A stretch of 64,000 nt of DNA from Woeseiaceae bacterium (GCA_021773075.1 JAJFKT010000026.1:184356-248355), one strand, 5' to 3'; positions 48,790 to 58,578 are shown, counted from the first letter of the stretch. A program made the numbers and translations. Notes: generated from the letters alone by a model not told the origin.

Positions 48790-48921
48790 ATCCACCCATC
48801 GGACAGAATTATCGAAATAATTTTCAGCAGCTTTGGCGAATTCAATAACGATCGCCCTATTGGCCCAGCAATCTGGCCGCATTTCGATCTGCTGTTCGTT
48901 CACGATGGCGAGATCGCGATT

Positions 48922-49617
48922 GTGATAGACGATGGTGAATCTCGCCGGGTCCGCAAAGGACAGGGCGTGCTGATTTTTCCGCACACCTCATTTCTGGGCG
49001 AAAGTATCAGCAATCGAGCGCTTGCTTCTGTGCATCACTTCGTTTTGGATGCGCAGCGATCGAAAGAAACCAGTTCTTCCCTTGATCGATTTCTTGGCAA
49101 GCGGCGAGGTTTCGAATTTCTCGATTCGGAGGGCGATCGCCGAATTGATCGAGACCTGGAACGTTCAATCCGCCTTGGCGACGATCAGTCTGATGAACTC
49201 AATCACGAATCGCAGACTTGCCTGTTGCGCCTGGTATTGCTTCAGTTGCAAGTCGAACGCGCTCCGATTTCTTCGTCATCAAGGAAAACGCAGATAAAGC
49301 TGCATCGTCTTTTGTCGTGGTTGGCTGAAAATATTTCGGCTTCGATTGCTGTCCGTGACATGGCAGCCACCGTCTCGATCTCTGAAAGCCACTTACGACG
49401 TTTATTCCGGGCTGAGTACGGTACCGGGCCTGCTCGTTATTTCCAGGAAATGAAGATGCGAGAAGCACGAAGGCTGCTACGCGAAAGTGCCGAACCCATT
49501 AAGGCGATTTCGAGCCGCCTGGGTTTTGACGACTTGCCCCACTTTTACAGAAGCTTCAAAAATTACACAGAGATGGCGCCGGCCGAGTATCGCGATCGGT
49601 ATAGCCCGATCGGCTAA
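48922..49617 (+). CDS. AraC-family transcriptional regulator (N-terminus uncertain)
   Basis: C-terminal AraC HTH: IAVRDMAATVSISESHLRRLFRAEYGTGPARYFQEMKMREARRLLRESAEPIKAISSRLGFDDLPHFYRSFKNYTEMAPAEYR. GTG 48922 is the first canonical start, but cupin-like sequence continues upstream in frame to 48790 (see findings). Confidence 0.8.
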   Translation: MIDDGESRRVRKGQGVLIFPHTSFLGESISNRALASVHHFVLDAQRSKETSSSLDRFLGKRRGFEFLDSEGDRRIDRDLERSIRLGDDQSDELNHESQTCLLRLVLLQLQVERAPISSSSRKTQIKLHRLLSWLAENISASIAVRDMAATVSISESHLRRLFRAEYGTGPARYFQEMKMREARRLLRESAEPIKAISSRLGFDDLPHFYRSFKNYTEMAPAEYRDRYSPIG

Positions 49618-49635
49618 ATCCAGGTTTGATCAAAT

Positions 49636-49695
49636 TAGTACCAATCCTAATACCACTTTACTGATTTTCCCCTAAGAGGTACTATCAAGGTACTA
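49636..49695 (+). promoter_or_regulatory. three copies of GGTACTA upstream of the GntR-family gene (candidate operator)
   Basis: TAGTACC (49636-49642, inverted), GGTACTA (49678-49684) and GGTACTA (49689-49695; 11-nt phasing). They lie 33-92 nt upstream of ATG 49728. Confidence 0.35.
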
Positions 49696-49727
49696 ACTCA
49701 TTGTGATCTCGATAGGGGAGTGGTGAG

Positions 49728-50462
49728 ATGTCGCTGCAGTCCGTTGCTCGGCCGTTAGACCGAACAAGCAAGAAGCCGCTGTACCAACAGCTTCGCCATA
49801 CTCTGCGCGAGGTTATTGAGCAGGATGTACTTGCACCCGAAGACGTATTACCGGCAGAGCGTGATATCGCAGTCGATTTTGGTGTTTCCCGAATCACGGT
49901 CCGTAAAGCTATAGAGGGGCTCGTCGATGAGGGCTTGCTCGACAGACGTCATGGTGCCGGTACGTTCGTCGCTTCACGTATCCAGAAGAATATGGCGGCG
50001 CTGTCGTCGTTCTCCGAAGATATGGCCTCTCGCGATTGGGAGGCTAGAAGCGAGTGGCTGGGTAGGACGGAAAGCCAGACCTCACCGGCCGAAGCTTTGG
50101 AGTTGGGTTTGCCGCCGGGATTGTCGATCTACCGGTTTGACCGAATCCGTTACGCCGAAGACACACCGTTGGCAATTGAGCACGCGATCGTCCCCGCGGC
50201 ATGTCTGTCTTCTATAGATTCTGTTGACACGTCGCTCTATGCAGCGCTTGAGTTGACGAATCACAGGCCGACAAAAGCGGTGCAACGACTGCAGGCCATT
50301 GCCTTCAATCAGGATCAAGCGTCGGTCCTGGATATTAGCTGCGGCGATCCGGGTCTCTTTATCGAGCGCCGCGGATTTCTTGACGATGGTCGAGTTGTCG
50401 AAGTAACGCGCTCGTACTATCGCGGCGACGCGTACGACTTCGTTGCTGAGCTTTCCCTGTGA
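49728..50462 (+). CDS. GntR/HutC-family transcriptional regulator with UTRA effector domain (NagQ-like)
   Basis: N-terminal wHTH PLYQQLRHTLREVIEQDVLAPEDVLPAERDIAVDFGVSRITVRKAIEGLVDEGLLDRRHGAGTFV. C-terminal UTRA-like region. Precedes the nagB-II and nagA homologues. Confidence 0.85.
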   Translation: MSLQSVARPLDRTSKKPLYQQLRHTLREVIEQDVLAPEDVLPAERDIAVDFGVSRITVRKAIEGLVDEGLLDRRHGAGTFVASRIQKNMAALSSFSEDMASRDWEARSEWLGRTESQTSPAEALELGLPPGLSIYRFDRIRYAEDTPLAIEHAIVPAACLSSIDSVDTSLYAALELTNHRPTKAVQRLQAIAFNQDQASVLDISCGDPGLFIERRGFLDDGRVVEVTRSYYRGDAYDFVAELSL

Positions 50463-50475
50463 GGACAGAAGTAGT

Positions 50476-51504
50476 ATGAGCGTCGCTACTCGCATGCACA
50501 TAGAGGCGGGATCGTCGTCGGCGGTCGTTTCAGCACAGCTTCGCAAGAATGAATCTCTGGTCGACTCAATCGGTGAGCAGTTGCGTGCAGAACCACCGCA
50601 GTTTGTCGTTACCTGTGCAAGAGGCAGCTCGGACCACGCGGCAACCTACGGTAAGTATCTGATCGAGACGTTCGCCGGTATCCCAACGGCGTCGTTCGCG
50701 CCCTCCGTAAGCTCGGTCTACTCCGTGAAACAAAACATGCGTGGCGCACTGTTTCTGGCATTGTCGCAGTCCGGTGCCAGCCCGGATCTGCTGGCATCGG
50801 CCAAAGCAGCAAAGCAAGCGGGAGCGCGTGTTGTCGCGCTTGTCAATGTCACCGCGTCTCCTCTGGCCGAAATGGCGGACGATGTTATCCCGCTGCATGC
50901 TGGCACCGAAACGAGTGTCGCTGCCACAAAGTCCTATATCGCGACACTCACGGCACTGGTGCAGCTTGTAGCGGCCTGGAGCAGAAACGAGCAACTAAAG
51001 CGAGCGCTGCAGAAATTGCCCGGGCAACTTGACGAGGCCTGGCAGCTTGACTGGCAAGACGGTATCGATGCCCTTGAGAACGCCAGAAACTTTTTTGTCA
51101 TTGGTCGCGGTGTCGGCCTGGGGATCGCTCAGGAGGCGGCGCTGAAATTCAAAGAGACTGCCGGTCTTCACGCTGAAGCTTATAGCGCAGCGGAAGTTCG
51201 GCACGGTCCGATGGCGATTGTTAATCGCGGCTTTCCCGTTCTGATTTTCACGCAAGACGACCGGACACGTGCTGGTGTTGATGACGTCGTGACCGATTTT
51301 ACGAATCGGGGCGCGGTCGTACTGGTTTGCGGAAAGGACTACGACAACGCCATCAACCTTCCGTCCGTAAGCAACGTCGTCGCGGCAACAGCACCCATTT
51401 TGTTTATTCAGTCCTTTTACAAGATGGTAAATGCTCTCGCAATCAAACGTGGTTACGACCCGGACAGCCCACCGCACCTTCGCAAGGTTACTGAAACGAT
51501 ATGA
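50476..51504 (+). CDS. SIS-domain sugar-phosphate isomerase/deaminase (GlmS C-terminal-like; NagB-II type)
   Basis: Two SIS modules: FVVTCARGSSDHAATYGKYLIE...FLALSQSGASPDLL and FFVIGRGVGLGIAQEAALKFKETAGLHAEAYSAAEVRHGP. The ATG at 50476 avoids overlap with the regulator gene. Confidence 0.8.
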   Translation: MSVATRMHIEAGSSSAVVSAQLRKNESLVDSIGEQLRAEPPQFVVTCARGSSDHAATYGKYLIETFAGIPTASFAPSVSSVYSVKQNMRGALFLALSQSGASPDLLASAKAAKQAGARVVALVNVTASPLAEMADDVIPLHAGTETSVAATKSYIATLTALVQLVAAWSRNEQLKRALQKLPGQLDEAWQLDWQDGIDALENARNFFVIGRGVGLGIAQEAALKFKETAGLHAEAYSAAEVRHGPMAIVNRGFPVLIFTQDDRTRAGVDDVVTDFTNRGAVVLVCGKDYDNAINLPSVSNVVAATAPILFIQSFYKMVNALAIKRGYDPDSPPHLRKVTETI

Positions 51505-52646
51505 CTTTGAGCGCCATAAGCAACGCCTGTGTATTGACCGACCAAGGATTCGTTGAGCGGCAAACAGTCGTTATTCGTGACGGCTTGATCGATGTCGTAG
51601 CGGACGACGGGGAAGCCGATCTGAGCAATGTGAATGCTCAGAACGCAGATGGGCGATTTTTGCTGCCGGGATTTATCGATATCCAGGTCAACGGTGGTGG
51701 CGGTGTGCTATTTAATGACGAACCCACCGTCGAGGGCATTCGGGCTATCGGCGCCGCCCACCGTGTTTTCGGTACGACCGGGTTTCTGCCAACGCTCATC
51801 AGCGATGATCTTGATAAAGTCGCGTCTGCGATCGCCGCGACTGACGCAGCCATAGATGCCGGCGTCCCCGGTGTTTTGGGCATTCACCTCGAAGGTCCGT
51901 TTCTGAGTGAGCAAAAAAAGGGCGCTCACGACGCTTCGAAGTTTCGCACGCTTGATGAAGACGCGGTCGATCTGCTGAGTTCATTGCGCCGCGGAAAAAC
52001 TCTGGTCACGCTTGCGCCTGAAGCGAATTATCCGGCGCTTATTCGAAGTTTGATCGACGCGGGCGTGATTGTTGCGGCCGGGCACACGAATGGGACGTAC
52101 GAGGAAACGCGAACCGCTCTGGATGCCGGCGTTTCGGGTTTCACGCACCTTTTTAATGCAATGTCACCTCTAACCGGCCGCGCGCCAGGTGTCGTCGGCG
52201 CGGCATTGGAAGACGCAGAAAGCTGGTGCGGAATCATTGCTGACGGTCACCACGTTCATCCCGCGTCGCTGCGAATCGCCATAGCTGCCAAGCCTGATGG
52301 ACTTTGTCTCTTGGTTACAGACGCGATGCCGAGTGTTGGCGCTACTGATAAATCATTTGAGTTGGACGGGCGGGCAATAAGCGTCGCCAACGGCAAATGC
52401 GTCACAGCGGATGGCACATTGGCGGGTTCCGATCTCGATATGGCGGCTGCGGTCCGAAACGCTGCAAGTATGCTAAATCTCGATTTGACTCAAGCCGTTC
52501 GTATGGGGAGCAAGTATCCGGCCGCGGCGATTCACCTCGACCACGAATTAGGCTCGATAAAACCCGGCTACCGGGCAAATCTGGTACTAGCTGATGCCGA
52601 TTTGAACATCGTCGATACCTGGATCGATGGGGAATCGGGCCAGTGA
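51501..52646 (+). CDS. nagA: N-acetylglucosamine-6-phosphate deacetylase
   Basis: PGFIDIQVNGGGGVLFND, GIHLEGPFLS, AAGHTNG, FTHLFNAMS, IADGHHVHP and LVTDAM are the ordered NagA metal and active-site motifs. Confidence 0.9.
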   Translation: MTLSAISNACVLTDQGFVERQTVVIRDGLIDVVADDGEADLSNVNAQNADGRFLLPGFIDIQVNGGGGVLFNDEPTVEGIRAIGAAHRVFGTTGFLPTLISDDLDKVASAIAATDAAIDAGVPGVLGIHLEGPFLSEQKKGAHDASKFRTLDEDAVDLLSSLRRGKTLVTLAPEANYPALIRSLIDAGVIVAAGHTNGTYEETRTALDAGVSGFTHLFNAMSPLTGRAPGVVGAALEDAESWCGIIADGHHVHPASLRIAIAAKPDGLCLLVTDAMPSVGATDKSFELDGRAISVANGKCVTADGTLAGSDLDMAAAVRNAASMLNLDLTQAVRMGSKYPAAAIHLDHELGSIKPGYRANLVLADADLNIVDTWIDGESGQ

Positions 52647-52653
52647 GTACGTC

Positions 52654-53670
52654 ATGTATCAGGTAGGCGTCATCGGGTTGGGACAAATCGCCTGGTCGAT
52701 TGATAGTGACCCGCATCGCGAGACCATCTGGTCGCATGTCGGCGCGTATGACAGCTCACCTCAGGTCTGTATTCGTGCTGTAAGCAGCCGTGACGAGGCG
52801 GTCTGTAAAACGGTACAGAAACAGTACTCAATACCGAGTTACTACACGAATTATCACGAAATGTTGTCAACGGAAAATCTGGATATCGTGAGTATCTGTA
52901 CTCCGATCTCAACGCACCACGAGATCGTGATGGCTTGCGTCGATGCCGGTGTCAAAGCCATCTTTTGTGAAAAGACATTGTCATTCGAGACTGCTGAGGC
53001 GGAAGAGATGGTTCGTGTTTGCAGCGAGCGTGGCGTTGTCCTCGCGGTCAATTTCATACGACGATGGGACAGTCTCAGCATTCATGTAAGCGATTTACTC
53101 GCTGAAAATTCCATTGGTGATCTGATGACGGTCGTTGCTTATGGCGTGACGGCGTTGCATACCAGCACAAGCCATTTAATTGATCAGATGTGTCTTTATG
53201 CAGGCACTCCATCCTGGGTTGTGGGCGATGATCCAGGCGGATTTGTACGTGAAGTGCACGGAGCGAACGATCCGGGGGGCATCGCGATGATCAAATTCGA
53301 GTCCGGAGTGGTTGGTTTCATTAAGGGTTCCAGCGCGAGTCCAAGCCGGTTCATGTCGGAGCTGGATATCGTGGGCGAGCGGGGAAGGATACGCGTGGAC
53401 GGCGATTGTGACCGCTTGTCTCTGTATCAATTTGCAGAAACACATTCGGTTGGTACAGGTTACGAGTCACTTGTCGAAGTTGAAGTCTCGCTTCCGGGCA
53501 AGAACGAACGAATGATCGACGCAGTCGCAGACATTGTTGATTGCATCTCCAGCAAGAAGAAACCGAGAAGCAGCGGCTCATCATCGCTGGACTCTTTAAA
53601 AATAATCGATGGCATCAGACGATCCGCTGAAAACGACAATTCGAAGACCGAAATCGAAACGGCCGCGTAA
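52654..53670 (+). CDS. Gfo/Idh/MocA-family NAD(P)-dependent oxidoreductase
   Basis: Rossmann N-terminus MYQVGVIGLGQIAWS, and DIVSICTPISTHHEIVMACVDAGVKAIFCEKT (EKP-type motif). Confidence 0.85.
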   Translation: MYQVGVIGLGQIAWSIDSDPHRETIWSHVGAYDSSPQVCIRAVSSRDEAVCKTVQKQYSIPSYYTNYHEMLSTENLDIVSICTPISTHHEIVMACVDAGVKAIFCEKTLSFETAEAEEMVRVCSERGVVLAVNFIRRWDSLSIHVSDLLAENSIGDLMTVVAYGVTALHTSTSHLIDQMCLYAGTPSWVVGDDPGGFVREVHGANDPGGIAMIKFESGVVGFIKGSSASPSRFMSELDIVGERGRIRVDGDCDRLSLYQFAETHSVGTGYESLVEVEVSLPGKNERMIDAVADIVDCISSKKKPRSSGSSSLDSLKIIDGIRRSAENDNSKTEIETAA

Positions 53671-53688
53671 CGGCTCACGGAGAATATT

Positions 53689-56331
53689 ATGGGGTGGCTC
53701 AATAGGCGGTACTTAGCGACATTTCTTGTACTGACAACAAGCTTCGCAGCGAATGCGAACACCGGCCCGGAAGAACGGACGACCGTCGCGTGGCGTGAGC
53801 TTGGAGAAATTGCCGCCAAAGAAACTAACTCATGGCCGGGTGCGGCCGGATCATTTGTAGGCACCCACAACGACGCACTTATTCTTGCCGGTGGTCACAA
53901 GGGCGAGTACTACGACTCGATTTGGATCGCGACTCAGAGCGGCGTTTCGGACGCCGATAGCGAATCGGCAGTGCGCCTTACCTGGCACGACACGAAACTG
54001 CGATTGCCCGGCGGGCGAGCATTCGGTGCATCCGCCAGTCACCGTCTTGGCGTGATTGCAATTGGCGGAAGTGACGGCGAATCAGGATTGACTGAAGTTC
54101 TGTTGATTCGCTGGAACCCGGACTCATCCAGTGCCAGTTTGCTGAGTCTGCCTTCCATACCCGGCGGCTCGAGTAACGGCGCGGCAGCGGTAGTTGGCGA
54201 CACGCTCTATGCATCGGCCGGAGATATCAGCAGCGAAATTTTCGCATTCGACTTGTCGGGAATCGCAACCGATGCCTCGGGTTCAGTGCTGTCTGACGGA
54301 TCGGTGGTGCAACTTATCCCAGGAGATATTGAGCAGGATAGACTTGCCAGTTCATGGCAACTGCTACCGACAATACCGGGATCAGCGGACGAACTGGTCG
54401 GCCGAAATTACGTCTCAATGGTGGCGCAAGACACGGGTCGCGGTAATCAACTATTCGTAGTCGAAGACCGCCAGAGTAGCGCAGACCTGTGGGCCTACTC
54501 TCCATCTGGCGAAGAGAGCGCGACACCGTGGTTAAGGAAAGCAAGTGCTCGCGCGGGACCTCAGGACGCGGACATCGCTGGAGGATCGGCAATCGCATTA
54601 GGCCAATCACATATTCTTTTCCTGACAGGACTCGGCCAGGTCGGTGTCCGCCAGTCCTTGTCGTACAACACGATCACAAATGTCTGGGCTCAGTACAACG
54701 ACGCGCCACGTGCAGCGGTATTAGCTGATGCGACAACTCACTCGGTCCAGTGGCTAAGTAATATCGTTCTTGTCAGTGGTAGTACGAGTGCCGACGCAGC
54801 ACTAGATAAATTTTGGACGATCGAGGTCAACGGTCCGGAGCTGACGTTCGGCTGGGTAAATATGTCGGTCCTCGTGGTGTATCTGTTGTCGATGGTAATG
54901 GTCGGCGTTTACTTCGTCTTCAAGAACAGCAGCACTGACGATTATTTTCGGGGCGGCCAGAATATTCCCTGGTGGGCGGCGGCTTGTTCGATCTACGCTA
55001 CGATGTTGAGCTCCCTTACCTATGTTGCCTTGCCGGCACTGGTCTATCGCACGGACTGGCTTATCTACATTGGCACAATGATGATTCTGGTCGTCGCGCC
55101 AATCGCCATCTACGTTGCTATGCCGTTTTTTCGGCAGATCGATGCCACCAGCGCATACGAATATCTTTCGAAGCGCTTCAATATGCCAGTACGCATGTTC
55201 GCGAGCGCTCTGTTCACTTTGTTCCACATTGGTCGCATGGGAATAGTTTTGGCGCTTACTGCACTAGCGCTCGCTGCAGTGACGCCACTTGACGCGTGGC
55301 AATCGGTTCTTGTTATGGGCGTGTTGTCACTAATCTACTGCACACTTGGTGGTGTCGAGGCGGTCATCTGGACTGACACCATTCAGACCGTCGTCCTGCT
55401 CATCGGTGCTGTGATCTGTTTCAGCATCATTCTGGGTGGTGTCGATGGTGGAATGGCCGGATTTTTCAGTACCGGCATGGCCGATAACAAGTTCAATATG
55501 GTCAATCTGGATTTCGGTCCGGGGAGTATTACCACGCTATCGATCTGGGTTATTGTACTGGGCGGCATCGGACAGAATATTTCGAGCTACACCGCAGACC
55601 AGGCTGTCGTACAACGCTACATGACGACCAAAGACACGAAGGCCGCCGCAAAATCAATCTGGGCGAACGGTATTCTCGCCGTTCCCGGCGCGTTGCTGTT
55701 CTTCTGTATCGGTACGGGCCTCTACGCGTTTTATCGGTCGCAGCCCGAGAAGCTGGATCCGACAATCCAGATCGACCAGATTTTTCCAACGTTTATCGGC
55801 GCGGAGTTACCGATCGGTATCGCTGGTCTGATTGTTGCCGGCATTTTCGCCGCGGCACAATCCACGGTTTCGACGAGCATGAATTCAATTGCGACGACTA
55901 TTGTCACGGATTTCATGCGGCCTTTTGATGCGTGCCGGTCCGAGAAGGCGTATCTGAATGCTGCTCGTCTTCTTACCTTCACGATGGGTGTTATTGGAAC
56001 GCTGGCGGGTCTGTTATTTATTAGCCCGGAGATTCGCTCTCTGATGGAAGAATACTTCAAGGTGATCGGCATGTTTATGGGGGCTTTGGGTGGCCTGTTC
56101 GTTCTCGGTGTCACGACCCAGCGGGCCAACGGTTGGGGTGCGATGACGGGCATACTTGCTGGCGTTGCAGTGATGATTACCGTTTGGCTCATGAAGTGGG
56201 CGGACGGCTATCTTTTCGCGACCATTGGCATACTGACCTGCCTCGTGGTTGGCTATCTGGCGAGTTTGTTACTTCCTTCTGATGATCAGGACATCAATGG
56301 ACTGACAATTTATACGATGCGGAATCAGTGA
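53689..56331 (+). CDS. fusion protein: N-terminal exported Kelch/beta-propeller domain plus C-terminal sodium:solute symporter (SSS) permease
   Basis: Signal MGWLNRRYLATFLVLTTSFAANA. About 380 aa with Kelch-like blades (ALILAGGHKG, GVIAIGGSDGESG, GAAAVVGDTLYASAGD, NQLFVVED). An SSS permease follows from about residue 390 (YFRGGQNIPWWAAACSIYATMLSSLTYVALPA..., about 13 TM). Confidence 0.75.
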   Translation: MGWLNRRYLATFLVLTTSFAANANTGPEERTTVAWRELGEIAAKETNSWPGAAGSFVGTHNDALILAGGHKGEYYDSIWIATQSGVSDADSESAVRLTWHDTKLRLPGGRAFGASASHRLGVIAIGGSDGESGLTEVLLIRWNPDSSSASLLSLPSIPGGSSNGAAAVVGDTLYASAGDISSEIFAFDLSGIATDASGSVLSDGSVVQLIPGDIEQDRLASSWQLLPTIPGSADELVGRNYVSMVAQDTGRGNQLFVVEDRQSSADLWAYSPSGEESATPWLRKASARAGPQDADIAGGSAIALGQSHILFLTGLGQVGVRQSLSYNTITNVWAQYNDAPRAAVLADATTHSVQWLSNIVLVSGSTSADAALDKFWTIEVNGPELTFGWVNMSVLVVYLLSMVMVGVYFVFKNSSTDDYFRGGQNIPWWAAACSIYATMLSSLTYVALPALVYRTDWLIYIGTMMILVVAPIAIYVAMPFFRQIDATSAYEYLSKRFNMPVRMFASALFTLFHIGRMGIVLALTALALAAVTPLDAWQSVLVMGVLSLIYCTLGGVEAVIWTDTIQTVVLLIGAVICFSIILGGVDGGMAGFFSTGMADNKFNMVNLDFGPGSITTLSIWVIVLGGIGQNISSYTADQAVVQRYMTTKDTKAAAKSIWANGILAVPGALLFFCIGTGLYAFYRSQPEKLDPTIQIDQIFPTFIGAELPIGIAGLIVAGIFAAAQSTVSTSMNSIATTIVTDFMRPFDACRSEKAYLNAARLLTFTMGVIGTLAGLLFISPEIRSLMEEYFKVIGMFMGALGGLFVLGVTTQRANGWGAMTGILAGVAVMITVWLMKWADGYLFATIGILTCLVVGYLASLLLPSDDQDINGLTIYTMRNQ

Positions 56332-56334
56332 CGC

Positions 56335-57360
56335 ATGAGTCGCGATCACAGAAATAGCACCGGAAGCAAGATGAACGATTCAGACTTTGGATCAGAGAAC
56401 ACGCGCGGGTATTGGATACCGAACAAGCGTATTCAATATCCGCCAGTATTCGTCTGGCCGCCGCAGCTTGTCGGTTTCCTGAAATGGCTGCCGAAATACG
56501 TATTCCCATGGGGAATTTCCTATGCACTGCTGGCAGTTTTCGTTTGGACATTTCTAACGCCGTCGATGGAGCGACTCACGACCTTTTCTGCGGACTGGAT
56601 TGGCCTGGTATTTCTACGGAATATTGTGCTGACAATTCTCGTTGTTGGTACTTGGCACTTGTGGTTTTACGTTAAGCGCGCGCAAGGAACAGCGTTCAAA
56701 TTCAATAGGCGGTGGCCACTCGAGGATAGCCCTGCATTCTTGTTCAACAATCAAACGAAGGACAACATTTTTTGGACCTTTGCCAGTGGCGTGCCGATCT
56801 GGACGGCATGGGAGGTCGTATCGTTGTGGCTCTACTCGAATGGCTATGTCGGTGGACTTTCTTTTGCCGAGGACAAGGTATTGTTTGTCGGCCTGTTGTT
56901 ATTATTGCCGCTGCTGCACGAATTTCATTTCTTTTGCATTCACCGGCTATTGCACTGGCCACCGCTGTATCGGCGGGTGCATCGACTGCACCACCTCAAT
57001 ACAAACCCAGGGCCGTGGTCTGGTCTATCGATGCACCCGGTTGAACACTTAGTCTACTTCTCTGGTTTCTTGATTTATTGGATTATCCCATCGCACCCGT
57101 TGCATGCGCTAAATCTCGGATTGATGGCAGGTCTGTCGCCGGCACAGGGTCACACAGGATTCGATCGAGTTGTTTTGGGCGACAAAGTATCCCTCAACTT
57201 GCCATACTACGCCCACTACTTGCATCACCGTTTTTTCGAAGTGAATTACGCCGACGGAAACATCCCGTTGGACAAGTGGTTCGGATCATTTCACGACGGA
57301 TCGCCGGAAGCGGATGAGGCGCTAAAACAACGGCGTAAGATTCGATCGAGATCTGAGTGA
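56335..57360 (+). CDS. fatty acid hydroxylase / sterol desaturase superfamily membrane di-iron enzyme
   Basis: Histidine boxes HEFHFFCIHRLLH, HRLHH and HYLHHRF. Several TM segments. Confidence 0.75.
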   Translation: MSRDHRNSTGSKMNDSDFGSENTRGYWIPNKRIQYPPVFVWPPQLVGFLKWLPKYVFPWGISYALLAVFVWTFLTPSMERLTTFSADWIGLVFLRNIVLTILVVGTWHLWFYVKRAQGTAFKFNRRWPLEDSPAFLFNNQTKDNIFWTFASGVPIWTAWEVVSLWLYSNGYVGGLSFAEDKVLFVGLLLLLPLLHEFHFFCIHRLLHWPPLYRRVHRLHHLNTNPGPWSGLSMHPVEHLVYFSGFLIYWIIPSHPLHALNLGLMAGLSPAQGHTGFDRVVLGDKVSLNLPYYAHYLHHRFFEVNYADGNIPLDKWFGSFHDGSPEADEALKQRRKIRSRSE

Positions 57361-57383
57361 TCGTGACTCATGGAAAGTACCCA

Positions 57384-58532
57384 TTATCGAAATCGCAGGT
57401 TGTTACGATTCAAGTCGGCGATCGATTTGCAGCCCATGAGCTTCATGTCGCGTTCGATCTCGGCGCGTAAGTTACTGAGCGCTTTCTCAACGCCGGCCTG
57501 TCCGGCGGCTGCGAGCGCATATAGATAGAAGCGCCCGCCAGAGCAAGCTTTGGCGCCAACTGAGAGCGCTTTTAATACATGAGTGCCACGTCGAATGCCG
57601 CCGTCGCAGATAACGTCAATCTGATCGCCCACCGCATCGACAATCTCGGCAAGTTGATCAAATGGCGCTCTCGATCCGTCGAGTTGTCTGCCACCGTGAT
57701 TGGAAACCATGATTGCTGACGCACCGATGTCGACAGCGCGCTTCGCGTCCTCGACGGACATCACACCTTTTAGCGCAAACGGTCGGCCCCAGTACTGACA
57801 GATTTCTTCAGCCGCTTTCCAGTCCATGGACTGATCGAGCATATTGGTAAAGTAGTCGGATACGGAGGTGGCAATATTTGTACCGTCTTTTGCATAGTCC
57901 TTGATCTGGGAAAGCTCAAATTTCTCGTGTGTGAAATGATTAATCGCCCAGGCTGGATGTGTTGCGAAACTCAACAGGCTCTTGAGCGTTAGTCGTGGCG
58001 GAGAAGTGAATCCTGTGCAGAGATCACGTTCCCGGTTGCCGCCGACAATTGTGTCGACCGTCAGCGCCATGCATTCGAAGTTGGCTTCGATACAACGGTC
58101 GATCATGCTTTTGGTGAGCCCCTTATCTTTATGAAAGTAGAGCTGAAACATCTTCGGCGACTTGATCGTTGAACCGATTTTTTCAATGCTCACCGTGCCG
58201 AGCGACGAAATTCCAAACAGCGTCCCAAACTTTTCGGCGGCCCGACCGACCGCGCGTTCACCGTCGTGGTGAAATAATCGTTGTAGCGCTGTTGGTGACA
58301 GAAACAGGGGTAAATCGAGCTTCTGGCCCATGACGGTCGTAGACAAATCGATCTCTTCGACTCCGGCGAGAACGTTCGGAACCAGATCACAGTCGTTATA
58401 CGCTTCCGTGTTTCTTCGATAGGTCACCTCATCATCGGCGGCGCCGTCGATATAGTGAAATATCGGACCGGGAAGTCTCTTCTTCGCTAGCTCGCGAAGA
58501 CGTGCGGTGTTGTGGCAGTCCTTCAGGCGCAT
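57384..58532 (-). CDS. FMN-dependent alpha-hydroxy acid dehydrogenase (LldD / glycolate oxidase family)
   Basis: FHYIDGAADDEVTYRRN, LSPTALQRLFHHDGE, MVSNHGGRQLD and DGGIRRGTHVLKALSVGA are typical FMN_dh motifs. Confidence 0.85.
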   Translation of the reverse strand: MRLKDCHNTARLRELAKKRLPGPIFHYIDGAADDEVTYRRNTEAYNDCDLVPNVLAGVEEIDLSTTVMGQKLDLPLFLSPTALQRLFHHDGERAVGRAAEKFGTLFGISSLGTVSIEKIGSTIKSPKMFQLYFHKDKGLTKSMIDRCIEANFECMALTVDTIVGGNRERDLCTGFTSPPRLTLKSLLSFATHPAWAINHFTHEKFELSQIKDYAKDGTNIATSVSDYFTNMLDQSMDWKAAEEICQYWGRPFALKGVMSVEDAKRAVDIGASAIMVSNHGGRQLDGSRAPFDQLAEIVDAVGDQIDVICDGGIRRGTHVLKALSVGAKACSGGRFYLYALAAAGQAGVEKALSNLRAEIERDMKLMGCKSIADLNRNNLRFR

Positions 58533-58578
58533 CGTGCTAATCCCTTAAACTGTGGGCGAGGGTCGAATTATGTCTTGC

